Made by a program: the position numbers and the translations under genes. Of a DNA stretch of 64,000 nt, positions 1 through 10,559 are shown in pieces; position 1 is the first letter of the stretch, and the number at the start of each line of letters is the position of its first letter. The stretch is from assembly GCA_963843575.1 (NCBI GenBank), contig CAWJKZ010000014.1:768001-832000 (forward strand). Direction: 5' to 3'. This DNA is from an uncultured Acidobacteriota bacterium (GTDB lineage: Bacteria > Acidobacteriota > UBA6911). The notes under the pieces were generated by a model, which ran no database searches, was not told where the DNA came from, and was given only the letters and a program-made list of their open reading frames with translations.

Positions 1-26
1 GCCTGTCGGGGCCGTTACTCCCGGCT

Positions 27-1424
27 TCACTCGGACCACGCCCGCCGGATGCCAAGTTGCTTGAGCTTGTACTGAAGCGTCTGACGGTGGAGCTTGATGG
101 CGGAGGCGGCCTGGCTGACGTTGCCGCCGTGCCGTTCGAGGACCTGCATCAGGTAGTTCCGTTCGAAGGCCGCGCGCGCCTCTTCGTACGGGAGCCGGCT
201 CAAATCCCCGCCGGCCGCCAGGCCAGGGTCGTGCGCCGCCGCGAACTCCCCCGGCAGTTCGCCGACATCGATCGAGCCCTTGACGCTCAGCACCACGCAG
301 CGCTCGACGACGTTGCGCAACTCCCTGACGTTGCCCGGCCACGGGTACTCCACGAGCCGGTCCAGGGCGCCCGCCGTGAACCCTTTCCACTCGATCCGGT
401 ATTTTTCCGCAAAAGTGCGGCCGAAGTAATCGAGCAGCGGTTGGATGTCCTCGCGCCGTTCGCGCAGCGGAGGTATTTCCAGGTGGATGACGTGAATACG
501 GTAATAGAGGTCCTGGCGGAATTCCGATGCCGCGATGGCCTGTGCCAGGTCACGGTGCGTGGCGCACACGACCCGCACGTCCACATCGACGGATTGAGAG
601 GAACCGAGCGGTTCGAACTGCCTCTCCTCGAGCACCCGGAGGATCTTGGCCTGGGTGGGCAGGGCCATGTCCCCGATCTCGTCCAGGAACAGTGTCCCCC
701 CATCCGCTGTTTCGAACTTGCCGCGCCGCCGCGCAACCGCCCCCGTAAAGGCCCCCTTCTCGTGCCCGAACAGTTCGCTCTCGATCAGGGCGTCCGGAAG
801 GGCCGCGCAGTTGACGGCGACAAACGGCATCGGGGCGCGGCCGCTGCGACGGTGCAGTTCGCGGGCGACCAGTTCCTTTCCCGTGCCGCTTTCTCCCTGG
901 ATGAACACCGTCGCGTCCGTGGGGGCCACCCGCTCGACCATTTCGAAGATGCGCTGCATGGCGCCGCTGCGCCCCACCATCGCGCCAAAACCCGTGTCGC
1001 CGCCGAGTTCTTCCTTCAGCCTCCTGTTTTCCTCCGCCAACTGCGCCCGCTCCCGCGCATTGCGCACGAGGAGTCGCAGCTCGTCGATTTCGAATGGCTT
1101 TGAGAGGTATTCGTACGCCCCGGCCCGGATGGCATCCACGGCCATGCGCTCCGAACCGTGCGCCGTGATGACGATGACCGGGACGGCCCCGGGATGCCCC
1201 GCGATCTCCTTGAGCAGGTCGATCCCCGACCCGTCCGGCAGGTTGACGTCGAGCAGGACGAGGTCGGGATTGTCGTTCTGCAGCGTGTAGCGCGCGGAGC
1301 GGAGGTCGGGGGCCTCCAGGATCACGACCTCGCGTGCCTGCAGGGCCTTTCGTATCCCGAACCGGGCGGCCTCTTCGTCGTCGACAACCAGAATCTTGTA
1401 TCTCAAGGTCCCTCCCGGCGGCAC
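27..1424 (-). CDS. sigma54-dependent response regulator (NtrC/AtoC family: REC-AAA+-Fis HTH)
   Basis: REC (ILVVDDE, D-V-N-LP, KPF), Walker A GESGTGKE, GAFTGA, Walker B LFLDEIG, WPGNVREL, C-terminal HTH; the true start may lie about 7 codons downstream (TTG, MRYKIL). Confidence 0.95.
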   Translation of the reverse strand: MPPGGTLRYKILVVDDEEAARFGIRKALQAREVVILEAPDLRSARYTLQNDNPDLVLLDVNLPDGSGIDLLKEIAGHPGAVPVIVITAHGSERMAVDAIRAGAYEYLSKPFEIDELRLLVRNARERAQLAEENRRLKEELGGDTGFGAMVGRSGAMQRIFEMVERVAPTDATVFIQGESGTGKELVARELHRRSGRAPMPFVAVNCAALPDALIESELFGHEKGAFTGAVARRRGKFETADGGTLFLDEIGDMALPTQAKILRVLEERQFEPLGSSQSVDVDVRVVCATHRDLAQAIAASEFRQDLYYRIHVIHLEIPPLRERREDIQPLLDYFGRTFAEKYRIEWKGFTAGALDRLVEYPWPGNVRELRNVVERCVVLSVKGSIDVGELPGEFAAAHDPGLAAGGDLSRLPYEEARAAFERNYLMQVLERHGGNVSQAASAIKLHRQTLQYKLKQLGIRRAWSE

Positions 1425-1433
1425 GCCCGCCGT

Positions 1434-2663
1434 TCAAGCGACGGGCAGGTGGATGAGGAAGCGCGTGCCGCGGTCGCCGCGCACGGGGCTCTCGACCGAA
1501 ATTTCGCCCCCCAGAAGCTCGACGTTTCGCTTTACGATGGCCAACCCCAAACCTGTCCCCCGCTGGCGCGTGGTGAAGAAGGGGACGAAGATCTTGTCCC
1601 GGATCTCCGGCTCGATCCCCGGGCCGTCGTCCTCGACCGTGACCAGGACGAACCGCTCAGAGTCGTCCTCCAGCACCACCTCCCCGCCCCGCAGCACCAG
1701 GCTCATCCCTGCGCCGGCGGCCTGGATTGCGTTCAGAAAGAGGTTCAGGAAGATCTCACGGAAAATCGACGGGCTGCCCATGACCTTCGGAAGGCGCTCC
1801 GGCAGGCCGTCGTCCACCCTGATGTTGCCCTGTTCGATGTCGTGGCGCAGAAATCCGATCACGGCCTCGGCGATGTCGCGCAGGTTCACCGGCTCCTGCT
1901 GGTCCGGCACCGGCCTGGCGAAGTTCAGCAGCTGAACCACCGACGAGGCGAGACGGTCGATCTCTCCCCGGATGAGGGACAGGTCCTTGGCGTATTTCGG
2001 TTCGGAATTCCGGGTCTTCCTGCATCACCTGAACGATGGTCTTGATCGAGCTCAACGGGTTCTTGATTTCGTGGGCGATCCGGGCCGTCATTTCCCCCAG
2101 CTGCACCATCTGGGCCTGGTGCACCAGGGTGTGCTGCAGTTCCAGCTTGGCCTTCAGGAGGTTCGAGTTGTCCAGTACGACGGCAATCTGGCCGCACAGG
2201 CTCAAGAGGAGGGACTCGACGGGCGGCTCGAGTTGCCGTCACCGGGCGTGCTGTCCACGATCAGGACACCCGTCCAGCCCGGGAGGGAGCCGATGCGGGA
2301 ACGCGTAGGTGGCGTTCATGTCCGGCGAGGATCGACGGGACGCCGATCTCCCTGGCGACCGACTCGTTGAGAAAGGTCCTGCGTGTGCCCTGCAAAACCC
2401 CGCCGATGCGCGACAGCAGGTCCCGCACCCGGACGCTCTCGGAAGAAAATCGCTCCGAGCGCTCCGGCCTGACGAGCACCTCGACGCGCCGGAACCCGAA
2501 TGCACGACAGATCTCGGACTTCCATGAAGCCGATGCGATCCCGCGGTTCCAGGATCGTCAGGGCGCGGCTGGCCAAGTGTCACGACGAAGTCGTGCAGCC
2601 GGGCCGGCACTTGGGGGGACCGGACCGCACCCACGGAAGCCGCAATCCCCAGCGCTCGCTCAT
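1434..2663 (-). CDS. cytoplasmic GAF-type sensor histidine kinase (frameshifted in assembly)
   Basis: Fragments join to give a GAF-like N-terminus, H-box ARIAHEIKNPL and HATPase NLFLNAIQA / DDGPGI / GTGLGL; adjacent to the regulator; ATG at 2663 overlaps the upstream stop (ATGA). Confidence 0.85.
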
Positions 2664-3100
2664 ACGGGATTATAGGCCGCGCGACCGGCCTCGCCTGCAC
2701 GGCCGATGAGGAACTTGAAGACGTAACGCGATTCCGAGGTGCCGACGAATGATCACGTCCTGGTCGCGCAGCTGCCTTCTCCCCACCTTCTTCCGCTCCC
2801 CGACCACCTCGCCCTCGACCAGTGGTGCCGCAGGCGCTGCCCCTGTCGCGAGAAAGTAGCCTTGCTCGTGGAGGTCGATCAGGAAGTGTTCGCGTGAGAC
2901 GTTCAGGACCGTGCCGGGGTCAATGAGGTACAGGTCGTTGTTGGCGGCCGAATCGGACCGCCGGCGCGACCCGGGAATTGGGGCGAACCCTCCCGCCACC
3001 CGGATTCGCGGCCGACTCGGAACGGGAAGCGCGCGATACTCAGGATGGGGCCCCCCAGAGCGCTACGCGCTTCGCGGGGTCATGCCTTGAGGAAGACCAT
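2660..3100 (-). CDS. FHA domain protein (frameshifted)
   Basis: Reconstructed FPFRVGRES...NDLYL...VSREHF...LRDQDVII, the FHA GR / S-x-x-H pattern. Confidence 0.7.
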
Positions 3101-3184
3101 GCTCGGTTCGTTCACGTGTCGTGCTCCTTTCGGCCCGAGTGCTTGAACGTTCGGTGCCCTGTGCCGCGCGAGCGGGATGCCGGA

Positions 3185-3738
3185 CTAGAAGCTTATCAGG
3201 ATGCCTCCGGACACCTCGAGCAGGTTGAGGCTCCGGGACAGCACCCCGGTAGCCGTGTAGCCGCGCGCGTCCAAGCCGCAGCCCGACAGGGCCGTAGAGT
3301 TCGCGGATTTTCAGACCACCTCCATAGTTGAACGCGAGCTTTGTGCCTATCGGGAGGTTCGGCGAACCGTACTGCCGAATCAGGCCCACTCCGGCCGTCA
3401 CATAGGGGACGACCTTCGTGGCGGGCACGTTCAGAATGAGGTTGGAGCTGTAGATGAATCCCTTGGCGTCCTGAACCTGTGAGAGGTCTCGCGGAAACAG
3501 GAAATCCGGACTGAAGGCGAGCGTGTGTTCCATGCCGAACAGCGGCACGAAATTGGTGCTCAGCCGGAACCCGTAGATGAAGCTCCCGTCGAGCGCCGTG
3601 CGGACGTTGTCCACCGTTAGTTTCCCGGCCTTGGCCCCGCCGACGAAGAAGGTGAAGTCGCCCGCCAGCCGCCTGCCCGAGACAGGCGGCCGTCAGCAGC
3701 ACCAGGAGAAGGACGGCATTACGCAGGCGCACGAACAT
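3185..3738 (-). CDS. outer membrane beta-barrel protein (OmpA-like/porin family, frameshifted)
   Basis: Signal peptide, amphipathic strands, PYVTAGVG and FNYGGGLK motifs, reconstructed C-terminal Phe (GGILISF-TAG). Confidence 0.75.
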
Positions 3739-3747
3739 GAAAGCCTC

Positions 3748-5030
3748 TCAGAAATCGATCTTCTGCAGCTGTTCCTGCAGCGAATCGCGGATCCCTTCGA
3801 ACCGGAACGAAACGCGCTTGGGGAACGGGTGGCGACGGCGGGAAGATCGCCTTCGCGGGATTGATGAACTTCCCGTGCTGCAACAGGCGAAAATCCAGGT
3901 GGGGTCCCGTCGCGAGTCCGGTGGAACCCACCAGTCCCGACGATCTCCCCCTGCTCGACGCGTGCGCCGGGGCGGACGGCGATCCGCGAGAGGTGGAGGT
4001 ACATCGACTCGCACCCCCCGGCGTGACGCAGCCTGACGGTCTTGCCCCCCTGACCACGGGGGCCGGCGAGCACGACCGTCCCGGAAGCGACGGCGACTAC
4101 CGGCGTGCCCGTCGGCGCGGCGTAGTCGACGCCCAGGTGAGGACGCACGATCTTCAGCACCGGGTGCAGGCGCGCGCTCGAGAACCGCGACGAGATGCGC
4201 GCAAACCTCAGGGGCGATTTTAGAAACGACTTTTTCAGCGAGGTCCCCTTCGCGTCGTAGTATTCCGCCTTGCCCGATTCGTTCTCAAAACGGAACCCGG
4301 CGAAGGTCTTGCCCTGGTTGCTGATGGATGCCGCCAGGATCGCGCCGTACTTGACGAATTTGCCGTCCAGGTACTTCTTCTCCACGAGCATCCTGAACGA
4401 GTCGCCCTTCTGTATATCGGTGTAGAAGTCGACGTCCCAGGTAAAGATATTGGCCAGTCCATGGCCAGTATCTCCTGCTCGCCGGCGTCGGTCACGGCCG
4501 CGAAGAGCGATCCGTCGATGTAGCCGGAGACCGCCTCGACGCGCGTGGTGTAGGGGAAGGGCTTCATCACGGGAACGAAACCCTCGGCGTCGCGATAGAC
4601 CGTCAGGTAGCGTTCGTCGTCCACCGGATAGCGGAATTCCTTGAATTCGCCCCCCTCCGTGAACAACAGCCAGTACGGCCTCCCGGCCGCCACCTTGGCA
4701 AGGTTATACACCGGCCGCGTGGAATCGATCAGTTCATGGATGACGTCGTGCGCGATCCCCTGCACCCGAAGCGCCTCCGTGACGGTCTGGCGGGGGTCGA
4801 ACGAGCCAACGAACTGGCGCAGGGCTGGCACCGTGAGGACCGAGGGCACCGGGGCGACGGTGGCCAGCGAGACCGGCGGCGACGATCCGGCGACAGGCTG
4901 CCCCCGTTGCAGGATCAAATAGCCGGCCCCAGCGGAGAACACCATCAACAGAACGGGGAAAAAGGACGGAAGTCGAGCGTTTCTCGAGCAGGGCGGAAAA
5001 CGAATGTGATTTCGGGCTCTTTCTGAACAA
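3748..5030 (-). CDS. M23 family peptidoglycan endopeptidase (MepM-like, frameshifted)
   Basis: [11 protein letters not shown] (HxxxD), [15 protein letters not shown] (HxH-like) motifs; N-terminal TM segment; start approximate. Confidence 0.85.
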
Positions 5031-5113
5031 AAAACATCCTCCTTGTTCAGCGCCCCCCGCGCGACAGCGGAAAGACTGCCCTGCCGGGGACCGAGGGCTG
5101 AGCTGGTCGAGAT

Positions 5114-5606
5114 CTAAAACGTCGCCGCATTTCTCTTCGACTGAAGCCGTTGCTCCACGACCGGGGGAACCAGACCGTGGACCGATCCCCCGAGGAGTGA
5201 GATCTCCTTTACCAGGCGAGAACTCAGGTAGGAGTAGGCTTCCGCCGGCATCAGAAAAACCGTCTCGACGGCTGAAGAGAGGCGGCGGTTCATCAGGGCC
5301 ATCTGCAGCTCGTATTCGTAGTCTGAAACGGCGCGGATACCCCGAACGATGACGGACGCACCGATCTGCTGCGCGTAATCGACGAGCAGACCGCCGAAGG
5401 TCGTTATGCTCGACGTTGTCGATGTCGCGCACGACCCCGGCGAGCATCTCCACCCTTTCCTCGATGGAAAAGAGGGGGGTCTTGTCGGTGTTGTTCAGGA
5501 TCGCGACGATGACTTCGTCGAAGAGGGCAGCGCTGCGCTGGATGAGGTCGATGTGCCCGTTTGTCACCGGATCGAAAGTACCAGGATAAACGGCCCGAAT
5601 CGACAT
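5114..5606 (-). CDS. coaD: pantetheine-phosphate adenylyltransferase (one frameshift)
   Basis: [32 protein letters not shown]. Confidence 0.95.
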
Positions 5607-5804
5607 CCGCCACAGCCTCTGCACCGCACCGCGCCGCCTGCGGCCGGCGCGGACCGTGAAAAAACCAGCATCTCTCGGCGGCACTGGAACTTCCACGTCA
5701 CACGGATGCTGGAAAGTGGCGCCATTATATGAACAGGGCCGTGGGAATTCAAGACGAATGGGCTCCTGTTGCGGCTCGGATCACAATTTCCAATCCGCAG
5801 GTCC

Positions 5805-6135
5805 TCATTCGAGGTGGGCGAGAGCCTTCTGCAGGCGTCGCGCAATCCGTTCCGCCTCGCTCCGCATAGGTCCCTCCTCCGCCGCAGCCGGGGCGCGAAG
5901 CGACTCGAGTGCCCGCAGCCACCGCTGCGTGGCTCCCGCCCCCGCCGTCCCGGAGCGCAGGGCCCTGTAGACAGCGAAGCGTCCGCCGTTCGGTCCGGAT
6001 GTACTCGTTGCGCTTGTCCGGGGTGGTGCGCTTGGTTTCGCATGCCGTTGCCACGGCGAGGCGGTTTCGGGCCCCCTCCAGGGCCTGCAGCAGCTGGCGA
6101 TAGGCGCCGATCGTCCCCCAATCCTCTGGAGCCAC
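5805..6135 (-). CDS. small helical hypothetical protein (probably frameshifted)
   Basis: GAGG upstream of GTG at 6135; two overlapping ORFs join into a ~110-aa amphipathic helical protein; no recognisable motif. Confidence 0.4.
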
Positions 6136-6220
6136 TTTCCTCGCCTTTCCCTGAAATGTGTCGGGTCCGGTTGAAACATTACCGGTGACTGCTCTCCCCT
6201 AATAACCAACCCGTCAGCTT

Positions 6221-6820
6221 TTGAGCCAACAAATGATCAGCCCCGCAGAGTCAGATGGACGCCAGCTGCTGGATTTCGTGGACCGGGTCGTGAGAAGTCA
6301 CCGGCCGGGATGGGTCCGGTTTGCGCGGCGAGTAGTGCGCAACGAGGCCGACGCGGAAGATGCCGTGCAGGAGGCGGTGCGACGCGTGCTCGCCAGGGGT
6401 CGGCCGTTCAATACCAGCGAGGATTTGAGGATGTACCTGGGGAGAGCGGTGAGCAACATGGCGATCGAGCTGTATCACGAGCGTCGGAAGGAGCGCGAGC
6501 GGTTGCGGCCGGTCAGGGAAAATGCGATCGCCGACACGGGAGCGCAGGGCCCGGACCAACTGCTGGAGGAACGTGAGGCCGCGGCCGAGCGCGACCGTAT
6601 GGTGACCATTCTCAGCGACGGCCTGGCTCGTCTGCCTCCCAAGCAGTACGAGGCTGTGCGCCTGACCGTGCTCGAATCCGGCGGAGCCTCGATCCGGGAT
6701 GCGGGGGTCGCGAGCGGAATCCCGTACTCGACCCTGCGCCACCGGAGCGTGCAGGGGCTGCGGCGCCTGCGCAAGTATGCCCACCGGGCCTTTCTCAAGG
6801 CCGGCGGGAGACGTCCTTAG
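6221..6820 (+). CDS. ECF RNA polymerase sigma factor
   Basis: Region 2 DAEDAVQE and region 4 LARLPPKQYEAV...GIPYSTLR. Confidence 0.85.
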   Translation: MSQQMISPAESDGRQLLDFVDRVVRSHRPGWVRFARRVVRNEADAEDAVQEAVRRVLARGRPFNTSEDLRMYLGRAVSNMAIELYHERRKERERLRPVRENAIADTGAQGPDQLLEEREAAAERDRMVTILSDGLARLPPKQYEAVRLTVLESGGASIRDAGVASGIPYSTLRHRSVQGLRRLRKYAHRAFLKAGGRRP

Positions 6821-6980
6821 TACACAGCCTCATAAGTACGCGACGTCAGGAGAACGCACACAGGACTTTCCGGGCCCCGCCGGAAAACGCCGCACGCGGC
6901 CTGTCGCCAGGTCGATCCGTGGGGATCCGCAGGCATCCGCGTCCTGAAAAATGGGTTAGCGTATTTGTGAACATCAGTGC

Positions 6981-7583
6981 TTAGGGTGGCCGGGTGGTGT
7001 CCGATCCTGGGGGAGCGGCGCTTTCCGGGTTCCTGCCGGACCGGTAGAAACTGAGGCACTTGTCCCCTTGGACGACGGTCCTCGCGCGGCTTGCGTCGGC
7101 CGCGCATTCGGGAAGACTCGCTTTTGCGTGGTGTTCGACGACGACCAGGGTATCCTGACCGGCGACGCCGGTGCGGAACACCAGCTCCAGCAGGTCCTCA
7201 TAAGGCGCCCAGGCGTACGGAGGGTCGAAGAAGACCGTGTCGGCCACGAAACCCTGGCGTGCCAGCTCGCGCAGGGAAGTGAAGATGTCCCGTTGCAGGA
7301 TCCGGAAACCCGAACGCACCCGGCAGCCCTCGAGGTTCTGCCGGATCAGTCTTACGGCGTCGGTGCCGGAATCGACAAAGAGCACCTCGCGCGCGCCGCG
7401 GCTGATGGCCTCCAGTCCGATCGCTCCCGTCCCGGCGAACCCGTCGAGGAATACGGAGCCGCGCACGCTTGGGCCGAGTATGTCGAAGAGAGTCTGCTTC
7501 AGCCGGTCGCTCGTGGGACGCAACCCCAAGCCGCGCGGCCCCCGGAGCTTTCTGCCCCGCAATTCCCCCGCTATGATCCGCAT
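6981..7583 (-). CDS. rsmD: 16S rRNA m2G966 methyltransferase
   Basis: MRIIAG, RPTSDR, DGFAGTGAIGLEA, DPPY. Confidence 0.95.
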   Translation of the reverse strand: MRIIAGELRGRKLRGPRGLGLRPTSDRLKQTLFDILGPSVRGSVFLDGFAGTGAIGLEAISRGAREVLFVDSGTDAVRLIRQNLEGCRVRSGFRILQRDIFTSLRELARQGFVADTVFFDPPYAWAPYEDLLELVFRTGVAGQDTLVVVEHHAKASLPECAADASRARTVVQGDKCLSFYRSGRNPESAAPPGSDTTRPP

Positions 7584-7634
7584 CTTGCTTTCCCTTCGTG
7601 CACGAACCGCATCGAATCCGATCAGGGCATCAGG

Positions 7635-9806
7635 TCAGCCGACGAGGGCCAGCCCGTAGTGGTCGGCCCAGACGCGGCGGATCGCCGCGGCGGCCTGTCT
7701 CGCATCCTCGTCCGGCCGTGCCTGGAGTTTCTCCAGAAAGCGGTCTGCCTCGGTCCGGGCTATTTCCAGCGCCTTGCGGTCGCGGATGAGGTTGGCATAC
7801 TTAAAGGCCGGGATGCCGGACTGCCGGGTGCCGGCCACCTCGCCCGGCCCACGCAGCTCCAGATCCACCTCGGCGATGCGAAATCCGTCGTTGGTCTCGC
7901 ACATGAGCTCCAGCCTGCGGCGCGCCTCCTCGCTCCCCTGGACGTCTCCGACCAGGATGCACTCGGATTGGGCGGCGCCGCGCCCCACGCGGCCGCGCAG
8001 CTGGTGCAACTGGGCGAGGCCGAAACGTTCGGCGTGCTCGATGACCATGAGAGAGGCGTTGGCGACGTCCACGCCGACCTCGATCACGGTCGTGGCCACG
8101 AGGATCTGGATATCCCCGGCAGCGAAGCGGGTCATGACCGCATCCTTGTCGGCACTCTTCATCTTTCCGTGCAGGAGCCCGACGCTGAACTGCGGGAACA
8201 CGCGTTCCCGGAGGTGCTCCGCCATTTCCGTCGCGGCGCGCAGGTCGCTCTTCCGGGATTCCTCGACGAGGGGATAAACGACGTACACCTGCTGGCCGGC
8301 GGCGACCACGCGCCGCACGGCGTCATAGGCTCCGGCCCGCTCCTTCTCCTTGAACCAGCGGGTGAGCACCGGCTTTCGTCCCGGCGGAAGCTCGTCGATC
8401 ACCGACACATCGAGATCGCCATACAGGGTCAGGGCCAGCGAGCGCGGTATTGGGGTGGCGGTCATGACGAGGACGTCCGGGTGCAGCGACTTCTCTCGGA
8501 GCACGTTGCGCTGCGCGACGCCGAAGCGGTGCTGCTCGTCGATGACGGCCAGCGCGAGGTTGTCGAACTCGACCCCTTCCTGTATCAGGGCGTGGGTGCC
8601 GATCGCAACCCGTGTGTCGCCGGCGCGAATGGCGGAGAGGGTTTCCCTCTTCTGTTTCGCGGTGAGGCTCCCCTTCACGAGGCCCAAGCCGTAGCCAAGT
8701 GGCGCCAGCAATCGCCTGAAGTTGAAATGGTGCTGCTCGGCGAGGATCTCGGTCGGGGCCATGATCGCGACCTGGTAACCATTCTCGACCGCGATGATGG
8801 CGGCCTGCGCCGCCACGATGGTCTTGCCGGATCCGACGTCGCCCTGCAGCAACCGGCTCATGGGGCGCGGGGAGCGCATGTCCTGTGCAATCTCGCCCAG
8901 CACGCGCTTCTGGGCGGATGTCGGATGAAAAGGGAGTACCTTCTTGATCGCCTCTCTCACCCGGTCGTCGAGGCTGACGGTTCGGGCCTTGGTTACCCGG
9001 ACCCGGCTCTCCCGTATCATGCGGATGCCGACCTGGAACTGAAACAGCTCCTCGAAAACGAGGCGCCTGTGCGCCGGGCCATGGCCGCTGTTGAGCTGCT
9101 CCATCTCCCTGGCGCGCTCGGATGCGTTCGCGCTGCGGAGCACCGGGAAGTGAAGCTGCTGCAGGGCGGCCGCCCTGGGCAGGAGACGATACTGCTTCTC
9201 CAGGTGTGCGGGCAGCGCTCCTTGGACGACGGGGGGCAGGTCCGCAACCGCCGCGTGCATGATCTGCCGCAGCGCCCGGGTGCGCAGGTCTCCGATTCTG
9301 CGATAGATGGGGACCACCCGTCCCGAATGGCAGGAGGGGCCGGACTCGTCTCCGACCGCTTCGCACTCCGGGTTGACCAGCACCAGCGGGCGGCGGCCGT
9401 ATTCGTCTCGCTTGACCTGCCCGAAGATGATAAGCATCTGACCCTGGGAAAGGCTCTGCCTGAGATAGGGCTGGTTGAAGAATTTCAGCGTGATCGCCGC
9501 GCTCTCGTCTTTGACGAGCACCTCGACGACGGACACGCGGCGCGACCGGCCTTCGAAACCCCCGACGCTGCAGACGCGCCCGCGCGTGAGCACCCACTCG
9601 CCCTCGAAGAGCGATTTGATGGGCCGGAACTCGGTCCGGTCCTCGTAGCGGAATGGAGGGTACCCTACCAGGTCGCCGATCGTGCGGATACCGTGTGAAG
9701 CCAGGAGCTCGGCCCGTCGCGGCCCGATCCCCTTCACATACTGCACGGGCGTGTCGAACCGGACAGCCCGGCGGCCGGTCCCGGAGTCCACGACGGCACG
9801 AACCAT
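7635..9806 (-). CDS. recG: ATP-dependent DNA helicase RecG
   Basis: GDVGSGKT, DEQH, TATPIPR, QLRGRVGR, wedge domain. Confidence 0.97.
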   Translation of the reverse strand: MVRAVVDSGTGRRAVRFDTPVQYVKGIGPRRAELLASHGIRTIGDLVGYPPFRYEDRTEFRPIKSLFEGEWVLTRGRVCSVGGFEGRSRRVSVVEVLVKDESAAITLKFFNQPYLRQSLSQGQMLIIFGQVKRDEYGRRPLVLVNPECEAVGDESGPSCHSGRVVPIYRRIGDLRTRALRQIMHAAVADLPPVVQGALPAHLEKQYRLLPRAAALQQLHFPVLRSANASERAREMEQLNSGHGPAHRRLVFEELFQFQVGIRMIRESRVRVTKARTVSLDDRVREAIKKVLPFHPTSAQKRVLGEIAQDMRSPRPMSRLLQGDVGSGKTIVAAQAAIIAVENGYQVAIMAPTEILAEQHHFNFRRLLAPLGYGLGLVKGSLTAKQKRETLSAIRAGDTRVAIGTHALIQEGVEFDNLALAVIDEQHRFGVAQRNVLREKSLHPDVLVMTATPIPRSLALTLYGDLDVSVIDELPPGRKPVLTRWFKEKERAGAYDAVRRVVAAGQQVYVVYPLVEESRKSDLRAATEMAEHLRERVFPQFSVGLLHGKMKSADKDAVMTRFAAGDIQILVATTVIEVGVDVANASLMVIEHAERFGLAQLHQLRGRVGRGAAQSECILVGDVQGSEEARRRLELMCETNDGFRIAEVDLELRGPGEVAGTRQSGIPAFKYANLIRDRKALEIARTEADRFLEKLQARPDEDARQAAAAIRRVWADHYGLALVG

Positions 9807-9904
9807 GGCAACATTATATCCGCGTGAAATCCCGGCCCGCCCACTATTTCGCCGGGAGTGTCGCGCCGGATGACTGGCTCCCCGTTTCCTGCTATAAAAG
9901 AACG

Positions 9905-10501
9905 GTGCTGAGACTCTCCCATTCCGGGCGGATCGTCTGTCTGCTGCTGGTCGCGTTTCTGGCCGCCGGCTGTGGCGGCCGGACCATCGGGAAGAAGTCG
10001 GCCCGCAACGTGATCGCGGACATTTCCCCGAGCGAACTCGACCCTGAGGACGTGGAGGTCGAGTCCGTGGGCCGGACCGGGTCGAGCAATGCCGTGATCG
10101 AAGCCCGGGTCCGGGTGGCGTTCCGAGTGGAAAACGAACGGGGCCGCTGGGTCGTGCGGGAATTGCGCATTGGGCGGCATCAGTGGGAAAAACTCGAAAG
10201 GGTCCTCGAGGCGCTCGAGCGCGTGAAGGTCGAAGAGACCCGCAGAACGCTCGAGAGGCTGTCGTCGGCCATCGAGGAGTACTTCCGGAAGAACGGCTCG
10301 ATCCCCGCTTTCAAGGACTTCGTGGCGCTCTCCGACGCGCTCTACCCGAATTACCTCGCAGACATCATCCGGCTGGACGCATGGAACCGGCCTCTGTTGG
10401 CCGAACGACTCGATGGCAGCACCATCCGGCTCAGCTCGGCCGGGCCGGACGGCCAACCTCGCACCGGCGACGACATCGAGCTGATCCGCAGTTACCCGTA
10501 A
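9905..10501 (+). CDS. lipoprotein with C-terminal GspG-pseudopilin-like domain
   Basis: GTG start, lipobox LAAGC, C-terminal DAWNRP...IRLSSAGPDG...GDDI resembling the GspG C-terminus. Confidence 0.65.
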   Translation: MLRLSHSGRIVCLLLVAFLAAGCGGRTIGKKSARNVIADISPSELDPEDVEVESVGRTGSSNAVIEARVRVAFRVENERGRWVVRELRIGRHQWEKLERVLEALERVKVEETRRTLERLSSAIEEYFRKNGSIPAFKDFVALSDALYPNYLADIIRLDAWNRPLLAERLDGSTIRLSSAGPDGQPRTGDDIELIRSYP

Positions 10502-10559
10502 CACAGGCAAAGGGGGGGCGCGTCGCGCGGTGGTTTCTGCTGCCGTTGATCCCGGCCCG

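Noticed and set aside
3080-3082. In-frame TGA near the start of the FHA gene (MVFLKA*PRE) as selenocysteine, given selB in the window
   Set aside because: No redox or Cys-type context; a compensating -1/+1 indel pair (restoring A-L-T-P-E) in an error-rich region explains it more simply.
7068-9698. Long antisense ORFs (876 aa opposite recG; similar ones opposite rplB, fusA, larC, ffh and the TPR gene)
   Set aside because: Typical shadow ORFs of high-GC codon usage, with no motifs or start signals.
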